64,000 nt of DNA from Octopus sinensis (lineage: Eukaryota): the NCBI RefSeq assembly GCF_006345805.1, contig NC_042998.1, forward strand, positions 203,422,001 to 203,486,000. The letters are read 5' to 3'. The notes beneath the pieces are model-generated. The model was given only the letters and a program-made list of their open reading frames with translations. It did no database searches and had not been told where the DNA came from. Both the position numbers and the translations under genes were made by a program. Position 1 is the first letter of the stretch. Each line of letters begins with the position of its first letter. Below are positions 24,880-37,743 of the stretch, piece by piece.

Positions 24880-26038
24880 GTATGCATGCATGTATGTATG
24901 CATGTATGCATGTATGTATGTATATGCATATATATATATATAAATATGGCCATACTTGATAATGAGGGTGCAACCATAATATTTAAATATATGTATGTGT
25001 ATATATATATATATATATATTGTGCAGTATGGATTTACGTACATACGTATGTATGTATGTATGTATGTATGTATGTATGTATGTATGTATGTATGTGTCT
25101 TTTGTGTCTTTTCTGTTATTGTTTTACATGTTTCAGGCCTAAGGCTGTGACCACGCTGGGGCACCGCCAGTCTAATTACTCCTTCAATGGCTAATTCTAT
25201 GTGATTAGCTTTTGGTGAAGGAGGCAGCTCGATACTGTTGCCCTCTTTTGAGTCTCCTGTCTTGATATTGGTTCATCTGGGACCTTGAAGGGCAGGGGTC
25301 AAGTTGTTTTTCTTGAAACCACATAGCCCTCCTCCATGAAGATCCCTCAGACGTTTTGACAAGGCGTTAAATAGGTGTGAACCGTTGGATCCCTCATTCT
25401 AGATGGGATAGCTAGGAACTTTGGATCAATGCAGTGACGTCCAGTTCGGGGTTTGGTATTGCTCTCAATTTCAGGGTTCGGTGCCAGCTCCTCCAGTGTC
25501 TCCCACGTATGCATCACTGCATACATCTCCCGTCTCGCTTCTCAGTTGTTTGACCTTAACCATTTGAGCATGTCCCTTGGTGGCTGACGATATGTGCATC
25601 TCTGATCACGAGCAGAAGTAGTGGGGGAGCATCATAGCCATGTGTTGAGAGGGATTCTTTGGGGTTTGGATAATTCACCTTTGGAAACATGGGTGTTTCG
25701 TTCAACATCTCTAAACAATCCTTATACAAGGCCATTTGAACGGGATGGGTTACATGTCCTGAAGAAATTACTAACTGGACCCCACCTACAAGGTCATGTG
25801 CTATTTATCTTGATGTGTGATCACCATGTGATGCACATATGGGTGTAATGCATGTGCCTGGTGTACCCTTATCAGAAGCGTACATGAGGGCTATACTGGG
25901 CTTCGTATATTTTACCCCAGGGTCACTTTAATGGCATGCACTACCATCTCATTCAATAACAGTAATAATTATCATTATTAATAACCCCCTCACCCAAACT
26001 TGCTGGCCTTGTGCCAAAATTTGAAATCATCATCATCA

Positions 26039-26076
<38 letters not shown>

Positions 26077-26616
26077 GAGTGAGAGAGCAGTTCATGCCAT
26101 CAAAATGACACTGGGATAAAATATACGAAGCCCAGTATACCCATCATGACTACCCGTCTGATAAGGGTACACCAGGCACATGCATCACAACCATATGTGC
26201 GCGACATGGTGATCTCATATCAAGATAAACAGCACATGACCTTGCAGGTGGGGCCCAGTTAGAATTTTCTTCAGATTGAGTAGCCCATCCCGCTCAAACG
26301 GTCCCTGAATAAGGGTTGTTTAAGGATGTTGAACGAAATACCCATGTTTCCAAAGGTGAATTATTCAAACCCAAAGAATCCCTCTCAACACATGGCTATG
26401 ATGCTCCCCCACTACTTCTGCTCGTGATCAGAGATGCACATATCGTCAGCCACTAAGGGACATGCTCAACTGGTTAAGGTCAAACAACTGACAAGCAAAT
26501 CTGTGGTATTGAGCAGAATATTTTCTGTAGCCCATCTTTTAAACCAAGACAAAACAATGGACATGATAACATTTCCAATCAGTTAAAATCCATTATTATT
26601 ATCATTATTATTATTA

Positions 26617-26655
<39 letters not shown>

Positions 26656-26656
<1 letters not shown>

Positions 26657-26962
26657 TGTTTGTTTGTTTGTTTGCTTGTTTACTTTTAATCAGCATGTTT
26701 GTTACAGTCACTTGCCGAGACACACCCAGCATCCTGGAGCGAGTGAAGAATAAGAGATGTTACAGTATGACTGAAAGTTTGGGGAGGGGAAGTAGCGAAA
26801 TATCTTCATGTAATAAAACAGACATTTAAACGGATAAGGTTTTTCTAAGGATACAGCCGTACTCGTTAGTACAATCTTTTGGATTTCTCTGAGGCGTGGT
26901 TCTCCTGGGATCTTATCTAGATGTTTCTGACATCCCTTTTTTATCATACCTAGGGCACCTAC
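26656..26962 (-). mobile_element. R4/Dong-like REL LINE family C, 3' end
   Basis: LGMIKKGCQKHLDKIPGEPRLREIQKIVLTSTA, paralogous to the A and B C-termini; (AAAC)n/(AAT)n tail. Confidence 0.75.
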
Positions 26963-26983
26963 ATTATTATTATTATTATTATT

Positions 26984-29114
26984 CTATGTTTGACTTTTGC
27001 TTTATATTTGTACAAGTTGGCTCCAAGTCTCACCCAGAGACCTCAAGAGACAACAGGGTTGGAAGTTCATGTTGTTGTTATGCCTAGTGTGCCATATATT
27101 TGGGGGGTGGGGATGTTGTACTAATGAATGTCTAAAAAAAAAAAGTTTTTTTTTTTTTTTTTTTAAACCGAAAATTATGTTTGTTTTAAACCTTGAGATT
27201 ACATAGAGAGTATTTTGCGTAGGATATGAGCAGTTCCCATGAGCACTATCTTTTGAACTTCTGCCATTTTTGGGTTCCTGGTATCTGAGTTAGGTAGCTA
27301 TCAGCCCCTTTTGCTATCATTCCCAGGGCACCTATGACAACAGGTATTGTTTTAGTCTTCAGCTTCCACATTTTGCTGATTTCTATTTCAAGATCTTTAT
27401 ATTTGCTCAGTTTTTGGTAGGTCTTGACAGATACGTTTATATCGATTGGGACAGTCATATCAATGAGGAGGCATGTTCTTTGTTTGAAGTTTTTCAATAT
27501 GATGTCTGGCCTATTTGCATCTATCTTCCTGTCAGTTTGAATGGTGAAGTTCCAGAGGAGTGAGCTGTGGTCATTTTCAAGCACTGGGGGTGGATTGTGT
27601 TCCCACCAGTTTTTTTCATGGGGCAAATCCAGGTTTTTACAGATTACCCAGTGAATATATTGTGCAGCTCTATCGTGCCTGTTGAGATACTCTGTAGGCG
27701 CTAGAAGACTGCACTTGGAGACCACATGGTCAATGGTTTCATTTTGTTGCTTGCATACACGACACGTTGGACTGCTTCTGATCTTTAATATGTTGGCCTG
27801 GTAGTTCTTGTTGGTAGGCATTGATCTTGAGCTGCTATGATAAACCCCTCTGTTTCAGATTTTAAGCCAGAAGCCATTAGCCATTGATGGGTCAGGGCTT
27901 TGTCGATATCTGATTATTCGCTCTCTTGGGTATTTGCCATAGAGAGGTTTTCTTGCCATTTATCATTCAGAATATCTAAGGCCGCAGTTTTGGCACGGGT
28001 TTTCATGCGCCTAGCTTTTTCTGTGCTTGTTTCTTGTATATCTATCTCTAATTCCGAAATTGGTTGTATTCGGAATTCACTTAGATATTCCTTTGCCTGT
28101 TTTGTGACTGAGTATGATGCTTTCTTGTTTTCATGTTTTGAGACAAGTTTTAGCATCCAGTCCTCAGAGTTTTTCAGGTAGGTGTCTAGGCCAATTGTAG
28201 CAATCTTCATTGTTATTGCCAGTTGCAAAAGACCACGGCCTCCTCTTTTCTTGGCAGATAGAGTCGTTCTGTATCTGCCTTAGGGTGGTGCATTCTATGC
28301 ATTGTCAACAGTTTCCTTATTTTTCTGTCGAGCTGACATATTTCAGTAATTGACCAGTTAACAATATTGAAACTGTAAGTCACGACTGGTATAGCTAATG
28401 CATTGATTGCTTCGATCCTGTTTCTTGCATTCAGCTCTGTCTTGAGTATTGCTCTCACTCTTCGATAGCATTCTCTCCTGATCTTTCCTTCATCTCTGAA
28501 TGCCTTATTCCGTTCCCTTCAAATATCCCTAGGTACTTGTAGCTCTCCGCTGGGTCTAGTTCTTTTATGACATTCTGTTGGTCAAGGTTAACGTTAGATG
28601 TTTCTGTCATTTTTCTTTGATAAAAGTAGCCTTTGCACATTTATCGAGGCCGAATTGCATTCTGATGTCGTCACTGAATTGTTTGACTATCGCTAGTAAG
28701 CCCTTGAGTTATTGATCATTTTGCAAAAAGCTTTAAATCATCCATGTAAACGAGATGATTTATATTTTTATCAAACATTTTATACCCGTACTGCGCGTCA
28801 TTGAGCAGCTTTGAGAGAGGTATTAAGGATAAACAAAAGAGGAGTGGTGACAGTGAGTCACCCTGGAAAATGCCACACTACTTTTACATCACCAGCATTT
28901 AGGGATTCACTGTCACTGTTCAGAGTTAGTGTCGTTCTCCATGATCTCATACTTACAGTCAAGAAGTTTCGCAGAGTTGGTGCTATCTTATACATTCAAG
29001 GCATTTCCTAATCCAGCTATGTGTAGGTCAAAAGCCTTTTTATAGTCTATCCAGGCTATTGATAAGTTTTTGTGTCGTTTGTGACAATCTTCTAAGATCA
29101 TCTATTGATGAGTA
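26984..29114 (-). mobile_element. R4/Dong-like family B, ~2.1-kb 5'-truncated copy (RT C-half, CCHC knuckle, REL domain, 3' UTR), frameshifted
   Basis: AWIDYKKAFD, GIFQGDSLSPLLF, HLVYMDDLKLF, RLYLPRKE, CRVCKQQNETIDHVVSKC (CX2CX8HX4C), ANRPDII...LIDMTVP; (TTA)n on both sides. Confidence 0.92.
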
Positions 29115-29149
29115 ATTATTATATTATTATTATTATTATTATTATATTA

Positions 29150-29198
<49 letters not shown>

Positions 29199-29199
29199 T

Positions 29200-30445
29200 T
29201 ATGTTTGCTTTGCTTTACATTTGTACAAGTTGGCTCACCCAGAGACCTCAAGAGACAAGTTAGAACTTCATGTTGGTGCCATATATTTGGTTTTGTACAT
29301 AGCGTTGTTCTAGAGAATGTTTAAAAAACCTTAAGAAAATTATGTTTGTTTTAAAATTAGAGATTACATAGACAGTATTTTACGTAGCATATGAGCAGTT
29401 CCCATGAGAACTATCTTTTGAATTTCTGCCATTTTGGGGTTTCCTGGTATCTGAGTTAGGTAGCAATCAGCCCCTTTTGCTATCGTTCCTAGGGCTCCTA
29501 TGACAACAGGAGAGCTGGCAGAAACGTTATAGCACGCTGGGCGAAATGCATAGCCGTATTTCGTCTACCGTTACGTTCTGAGTTCAAATTCCGCCGAGGT
29601 CGACTTTGCCTTTCATCCTTTCGGGGTAGATAAATTAAGTACCAGTTACGGACTGGGGTCGATGTAATCGGCTTAATCCATTTGTCCCCTCTTTGTTTAG
29701 CTCCTTGTGAGTAGTAAAGAAATAGGTATTGTTTTAGTTTTCAGGTTCCACATTTTACCAATTTCTATTTCAAGATCTTTATATTTGCTCGGTTTTTGGT
29801 AGGTCTTGACAGATACGTTTATATCAATTGGGACAGTCATATCAATGAGGAGGCATGTTCTTTGTCTGAAGTCTTTCAATATGATGTCTGGCCTATTTGC
29901 ATCTATTTTCTGTCAGTTTGAATGGTGAAGTTCCAGAGGAGTGAGCTGTGGTCATTTTCAAGCACTGGAGGTGGATTGTGTTCCCACCAGTTTTTTTTCA
30001 TGGGGCAAATCCAGGTTTTTGCAGATTACCCAGTGAATATATTGTGCAGCTCTATTATACCTATTGAGATACTCTGTAGGCGCTAGAAGACTGCACTTGG
30101 AGACCACATGATCAATGGTTTCATTTTGTTGCTGACATACACGACATGTTGGGCTACTGCCGTTCTTTAATATGTTGGCCTGGTAGTTTCTTGTTGGTAG
30201 GCATTGATCTTGAGCTGCTATGATAAACCCCTCTGTTTCAGATTTTAAGTCAGAAGCCATTAGCCATTGATGGGTCAGGGCTTTGTCAACATCTGCATTA
30301 TTCGTTCTCATTGAGTATTTGCCATAGAGAGGTTTTTCTTGCCATTTATCATTCAGAATATCTAAGGCCGCAGTTTTAGCACGGGTTTTCATGCGCTTAG
30401 CTTTTTCTGTGCTTGTTTCTTGTATGTCTATCTCTAATTCCTAAA
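29200..30445 (-). mobile_element. R4/Dong-like family B, second copy, interrupted by a SINE A at 29511-29728
   Basis: Collinear with ~26984-28050; CRVCQQQNETIDHVVSKC. Confidence 0.9.
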
Positions 30446-30466
30446 TTTTATTATTATTATTATTAT

Positions 30467-31335
30467 TTCTTTTTATCTCCGGTTTTGCTGGAACACCTGG
30501 AGTCTTGCATGCATGGCGGACTTGCTGCCTGCAGCCTATGTACCATCTCATATTTTCAACTGTCAAAGCCTTTCCTGATCATTCTGGCCATGCCAAGGAG
30601 GCAAATCTTTTGTAACAGTTCTACTGGGCACTCTATTCCAGTTTCCTTTATATTCCTATTGATACCTTCTGACACTGTCCTCAAGGACCTGACAATAATT
30701 GGCACTATTTTCACCTCTTCATTTTTCAAAGCCAGGCTATTTCGTACTTAAGAGGGTTGTATTTATCTAATTTTTTCGCCTTCCGTAAGTCAATGGGACA
30801 CGCAACATCAACTGTATCACATATGTGGTGCATTTTGTCAACCACCACTAAATCCGGTCTGTTATTCTCTGGCACCTGATCTGTTTGGATTGGGAAATCC
30901 CAGAGAATTTTGCAAGTCTTTCACTCCACCACTCTTTGCAGCTTGTACTCATACCACGCCTTGCCTCTCTCTAACCCCCACTTCTTACAGTTTCCAGTGT
31001 AGCACTTTCTCTACCTGATTGTGTCGCCACAACTTGCACTGGTTTGGGGCATGTCTAGGGCATTCGTTTGTGATATGGGCAATGGTGTCATCCACCCTAT
31101 TGCAGATGTAACACAGCAGAGACACTTCCTCATTCCTCAGGTTGACCCTCCAATCCATGGCCAAAGCTTGGTCTTGCACAGCCACTATAAAGCTCTCAGT
31201 CTCTTTTTCGGTGTTCTTTTCATCAGCCAATTCCACCTGTTTTTTCCAGCAACTTCTGTTATGGCTGCATGGATTTGTGTTGTCCCTTGTTGCGTAATTC
31301 TTCTCCATGTTCTTTTTGTACTTCTTCCTTTATTT
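30467..31335 (-). mobile_element. R4/Dong-like REL LINE, fourth family, decayed 3' fragment
   Basis: ETESFIVAVQDQAL, CYICNRVDDTIAHITNEC, ILWDFPIQTD...NNRPDLVVVDK, LLQKICLLGMARMIRK. Confidence 0.8.
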
Positions 31336-31868
31336 TTTCCTATATAGGAGTCGATGTAATCGACTCACCCTCTCGCACAAAATTGCTGTCCTTGTGATAA
31401 GGGTACACCAGGCACATGCATCACAACCATATATATGCGCGAAATGGTGATCTCATATCAAGATAAACAGCACATGACCTTTCAGGCGGGGCTCAGTTAG
31501 AATTTTCTTCAGGTTGAGTAGTCCATCCCGCTCAAAAGGTCCCTGAATAAGGGTTGTTTAAGGATGTTGAACGAAACGCCCATGTTTCCAAAGGTGAATT
31601 ATCCAAACCTCCAAGAATTCGTTTCAATATATGGCTATGATGCTCCCCCACTACTTCTGCTCGTGATCAGAGATGCGCATATCGTCAGCCACTAAGGGAC
31701 ATGCTCAACTGGTTACGGTCAAACAACTGACAAGCAAATCTGTGGTGTTGAGCAGAATATTTTCAGTAGCCCATCTTTTAAACCAAGACACAACAATGTA
31801 AATGATAACACTTCCAATCAGTTAAGATCAAGAAGCCATGAGAGCCACTGCTTGGTACTGCATCAGGG

Positions 31869-31912
<44 letters not shown>

Positions 31913-31980
31913 CCATCACCATCATAATCATCACCATCACCATCATCATCATCATCATCATTTCTATATTATTATTATTA

Positions 31981-32172
31981 AGGTGGGGAGCTGGCCGAAT
32001 CGTTAGCATGCCAGGCTTAGCAACCGTTCGTTCGTTCCACTTCTCTCGAAGTGGCCTTTGCCTTTCATCCTTTCGAAGTGCACAATATAAGCACCAGTGA
32101 AGTACTAGTGCGGTAGATATCATCGACTACCACCTTCCCCCAAAACTTATAGCTACGTACTAAACTTTGAAA
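31981..32172 (+). mobile_element. SINE A variant with different tail (A2)
   Basis: Family A head with tail of the type ...ttgctggccttgtgccaaaatttgaaacc; other copies at 38222-38438 (-), 54460-54672 (-), 56562-56690 (-). Confidence 0.65.
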
Positions 32173-32348
32173 CGATTATTATACGAATATGCAAGCATTT
32201 AATATACCTTTTTGTTTGTTTGTGTGTGTGTGTTTTGTGTGTGAATTTTACATACGCATTACATTTACACTGTAAAAGTTATACGCGTATTTTCAAGAGA
32301 TTCGTGTAAGTTATTACCACGGTATTATTTGGTTAAGTACAAACGTGA

Positions 32349-32433
32349 AGCTACTCACTCACACACTCACGCACACACACACGCACACACACACGCACAC
32401 ACACACACACACACGCACACACACACACACACG

Positions 32434-32473
<40 letters not shown>

Positions 32474-33503
32474 CACACACACACACGCACACACACACAC
32501 ACACACGCACGCACACACACACACACGCACACACACACACACACGCACACACACACACACGCACGCACACACACACACACTCACGCACACACACACGTAC
32601 ACACGCACACGCACACACACACGCACGCACGCACGCGCACACGCACACACACACACACGCACACACACACACAACACACGCACACACAACACACACACCA
32701 CACGCACCACACACCACACACACGCACCACACACACACACGCACACCACACACACGCACACACACACACACACACACGCACACACACACACACACACACG
32801 CACACACACACACACACGCACACACACACACACACACACGCACACACACACACACACACGCACGCACACACTCAGCACACACACACGCACACACACACAC
32901 AACACGCACACACACACACAACACGCACACACACCACACACACGCACACACACACAACACTCACGCACACACACACGCACACGCACACGCACACACACAC
33001 GCACGCACGCACGCGCACACGCACACACAACACGCACACACACACACACGCAACACACGCACACACACACACTCACGCACACACACACGCACACACGCAC
33101 ACGCACACACACACGCACGCACGCACGCGCACACGCACACACACACACACGCACACACACACACACCACAAACACGCACACGCATACACGCACACACAAA
33201 CGCACACACACACGCGCGCACACACACACACGCACACACACACACACACGCACACAACACACACACCACGCACGCACACACACACACTCACGCACACACA
33301 CACACGCACACACGCACACACACACACACACAGCACACACACACACACACGCACACACACACCACACGCACGCACGCACGCGCACACGCACAACACACAC
33401 ACGCACACACACACACACGCACAACACGCACACGATACACGCACCACACACACACACACACCACTCACACACACACACACGCACGCACACACACACGCAC
33501 AGA

Positions 33504-33545
<42 letters not shown>
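32349..33545. repeat. ~1.2-kb (CA)n/(CACG)n array
   Basis: Direct reading; a ~60-bp higher-order unit recurs near 32580, 32960 and 33071. Confidence 0.97.
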
Positions 33546-33547
<2 letters not shown>

Positions 33548-33867
33548 TGCGTGTGTATACATATACGCGCGCATACATGCATGCGTACCGACACCCTGTT
33601 GTTGACTGCCATCTGAATTCCTTCTCTCTCTCTGCATACCCCGAATACCAACTGGCACAATACAAACTAAACAAACACTGAAATGCGCAGTATCGATGGA
33701 GTTAGTAAAGGGTGGGGAGATGTCGGTGGGGGGATGTCTGTAGGCTGGATATCCGTGGCGGTGGTGGTGGTCGTGTTTAGCCCTGGGCCAGTACTCATCA
33801 AGAAGACTTATCATAATCAAAGACGTTCCAATCGGGAAAATGTCTTTTTTCTCCGTGAGGATAATAA

Positions 33868-34170
33868 TATCTTTTATCTTTTATCTTTTACTTGTATCGA
33901 CCACAATACTGCGGCCATGCTGGGGCACTGCCTTGAAGAATTTTTAGTCGAACGAATCGACCCCAGTACTTTTATTGTTTTCAAAACCTGATACTAAAAT
34001 TCTTCAAGGCAGTGCCCCAGCATGGCCGCAGTATTGTGGTCGATAGAAGTAAAAGATAAAAGATAAAAGATAAAACTATTCTGTCCCTTTTGACGAACCG
34101 CAAATTTACGGGGACGGAAACACAACAACACCGGTTATCAAGCGATTGGACTGGGGATAAACACAGACAA
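33868..34170 (-). mobile_element. SINE B 3' half containing an ~80-bp inverted duplication
   Basis: 33868-33948 vs 33993-34072, one mismatch and one indel. Confidence 0.85.
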
Positions 34171-34186
34171 GCACATATGCTCCATA

Positions 34187-34420
34187 TCTCTATATCTATA
34201 TAAAACAAAGAATGTGTGTATGTGTGCATCAATAAAACTCCAGAACTACCCAACCAATTTCATTCAAATTTTCAACTTCTTGCCTAATGCGAGCCTGGAG
34301 CAATATCTTAGATTGTTTCGGTATTACGTGTCAAAAGTGAAACAATAGCATCTCTATTGTAATGTGATATAATAGTTTCACTTTTATATTGTTTCCCTTT
34401 TAATAGTTTCACTATATATA
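34187..34420 (+). mobile_element. Helitron 5' portion
   Basis: A|TCTCTATATCTATATAAAAC start and aactacccaaccaatttcattcaaatttt core shared with 57908-58208; an isolated hairpin-CTAG|T 3' end occurs at 37976-38004. Confidence 0.6.
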
Positions 34421-34496
34421 CATATATGTGTGTGTGTGTCTGTGCTTATATATGTATGAATATATATATGTATGTATATATATATGTATGTATATA

Positions 34497-34535
<39 letters not shown>

Positions 34536-34629
34536 TATATATGTAATTATATTAGTATATATATAAATGTGTATATATGTATATATATATATATACATAT
34601 ATACACATTTATATATATACTAATATAAT

Positions 34630-34686
<57 letters not shown>

Positions 34687-35460
34687 ACTAAAGAAAACAT
34701 AAAACTTGCTTTCTAAATTATGTCCAAAAAGTTTTTATCTCATTATACCTTTTATTATGTCATATATTTTTATATTTTCACACATAATAATTTTTTCTGT
34801 ACTCTTCTATCCGGCATTTTTTCCTGTGTCTATATAGACGTGTATATAGATTCATTTGTACAATGGGTGTATATGTATGAGTGGGCAGTTTTAGATGTGT
34901 GAGTGTGTGCGGGCATAAGAATGCATATATATATAGACGTTTTTACTTAGTTTTTTTTTTTGGGGGGGGGGGGCATAAGTATATTTCATTTTTGTATATG
35001 CGTGTGTGTGTATGCGTATATAAACATGTGCGGGTATGTACATATATGGGCGTGTGTGTGTATGAGTGCATAAGGGCATGTCCGTATATGAACGTGGTTT
35101 TTACGGTTTGTATACTTCCTTATGTTTTTTTCTGTTACCTTTAACCATGGTTTCTCTTGTGCTTGTGCGTATATAGACGTATGTATGAACTTTTACGGTA
35201 CGCGCGTGTGTGTGTGTGTGTGTGAGTTTGTATATATATGCGTATATATTTGGCGAAAAATGCGAGTGAAGATGTGTAAGTTTTCATAGTGACGTATAAG
35301 TACGCACGTGGGTCCGCGAGCGTATATGTGAGCGTATGACTAGCCATGTTTACGTGTTTACTATGAACTTTTAATCTTATTTTATATAAGTAGCAGAATT
35401 ATAACACAGTAATTTCAATTTATATAACGGTATTTTTTCATAGCGTTTTTTCAGATGGCC

Positions 35461-35523
35461 AGATAACCGAAGAGATGGTGTTGTGGATTTCCACTTCGGC
35501 ATCTGAAACTCAGAGTTTTATCT
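35461..35523 (+). ncRNA. Minimal type I hammerhead-like motif, degenerate
   Basis: Stem I agataa/ttatct; core CCGAAGA; stem II gatg/catc out of register by one base; GAAA; stem III actc-a-gagt; GTT triplet. Confidence 0.5.
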
Positions 35524-35582
35524 TGACTATTGAGTAATTGTAACATATTATTGTGTATATATATATATATATATATATTATT

Positions 35583-36810
35583 AAATTAGAGATAAAACCA
35601 CTATTAGGCAAATCAAACAGTGAAAAACATAAGCCAATACAGAAAATTAATTTAAAAGTATAAAAGTTAAAAATTATTAAAATAATTCAAACTTATAAAT
35701 TTAAATATATATATACAAATATATATATATATATGTATGTATATTTTTCCATTTAATTCTAGAAACAAAATCCTTAATATTGTTAATAAGTTTCAAAATA
35801 TATACTTTCCTAGAAGGTATTGGAATATCCTTCAAAGATGAATTCCAAAATAGCGGTTCTATCTTACCTGTAAATTCCATAATTTACGAAGTTGAGATAT
35901 TACACTCAATTTACGTAATTTATCAATATATTAATTAATAATAATAATATTAGGGAATAAATCCAAACTTACAGGGAAAAATTAGATTTAGGATTAAATC
36001 CAATTTTATAGTATAAATATATTATATTATATTATATTAAATTAGAGATAAAACCACTATTAGGCAAATCAAACAGTGAAAAACATAAGCCAATACATAA
36101 AATTAATTTAAAAGTATAAAAGTTAAAAGTTAAAAAATTATTAAAATAATTTAAACTTATAAATTTAAATATATATATACAAATATATATATATATATAT
36201 GTATGTATATTTTTCCATTTAATTCTAGAAACAAAATCCTTAATATTGTTAATAAGTTTCAAAATATATTCTTTCCTAGAAGGTATTGGAATATACTTCA
36301 AAGATGAATTCCAAAATAGCGGTTCTATCTTACCTGTAAATTCCATAATTTACGAAGTTGAGATATTACACTCAATTTACGTAATTTATCAATATATTGA
36401 TTAATAATAATAATATTAGGGAGTATATCCAAACTTAGAGGGAAAAATTAGATTTAGGATTAAATCAAATTTCACAGTATAAATATAAATTAAATTAGAG
36501 ATAAAACCACTATTAGGCAAATCAAACAGTGATAGACATAAACCAAAACATAAAAAATATATATAATTAATATAATATACAAAATATATAAAATATAAAA
36601 TTTTTAATTTTTAAATTTTTATTTTTTTTAATTTTTACACTTAAATTTTTTTTTATATAACTAACCAAAAAGTATAAAAAGTTAAATATAATATAAATTT
36701 TAAAATTTAAAATTTTATATTTTATATTATATTTATTTATTGTTTTTTTATGTATTGGTTTATGTCTATCACTGTTTGAGTTGCCTAATAGTGGTTTTAT
36801 CTCTAATTTA

Positions 36811-36852
<42 letters not shown>

Positions 36853-37300
36853 AATTTCATTTGCAATGGAATATTCTATCTATATCCTTTCCGTATGATA
36901 AAGGTAAATCCTTTTGTTTGCTTTGTAACGATGAACTGTCTTCTTACATTTCGCGTCCCCTAAATATATTTATTTCCACGCCTTTAATCTTTATTCCTAT
37001 TCACCTATCGCACTATATTTCTCCATTTTTGGTTTTCTGCTAATTTCTTTCTTCTTCCTCCTTTTCTTTGTATAAATTGCTTTTGACGTTATATTTATTA
37101 ACGGTTATTTTTTAAAATATAACTTAAAAGCGTTCTCTTCATCATATATGCAGTAACCACATTCGGTTAAAATGTCTTATCGATACGTTTTTCCCTGGTG
37201 AGAAGACTGCATTGTTTTACATCATTTTATTCCTTCTGGAATAATACCAATGTTTTCTTCGAAACATATGTCAGAAGTATAAAAATTTGAATAACATCTG
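35583..37300. mobile_element. Rearranged Penelope-like (possibly Naiad-type) relic: ~455-bp tandem units, inverted arm, divergent C-terminal fragment
   Basis: Unit starts at 35583, 36039, 36492; minus-strand SLKYIPIPSRKEYILKLINNIKDFVSRIKWK; plus-strand WNILSISFPYDKGKSFCLLCNDE at ~36865-36935; GAAACATATGTC at 37261. Family assignment is from recalled motifs. Confidence 0.6.
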
Positions 37301-37329
37301 CGTTTAACTCGATTTATTTATATATGCAT

Positions 37330-37369
<40 letters not shown>

Positions 37370-37516
37370 GCATATATATATGTATACAAATATATGCATA
37401 TATATAGGTAAATATATATATATATACATGTATATATATATACACATATATATACATGTATATATATGTATATATATATGTATGTATATATATACATACA
37501 TACATATACATACATC

Positions 37517-37605
<89 letters not shown>

Positions 37606-37685
37606 GAGTATTGCCTCAGGCTGATCAAATCCTTGTGAGTGGATTTTGTTAATGTAAAATGAAGGATTGTCTATATGTGTATATT

Positions 37686-37743
<58 letters not shown>

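Noticed and set aside
32329-33820. 400-490-aa His/Thr or Cys/Val ORFs
   Set aside because: Read-through of the (CA)n/(TG)n array, which lacks stop codons; same applies to the HTYI/MYVC ORFs elsewhere
35583-36544. CRISPR-like or regularly spaced repeat array
   Set aside because: Units are ~455-bp tandem duplications without unique spacers, in a eukaryotic TE context
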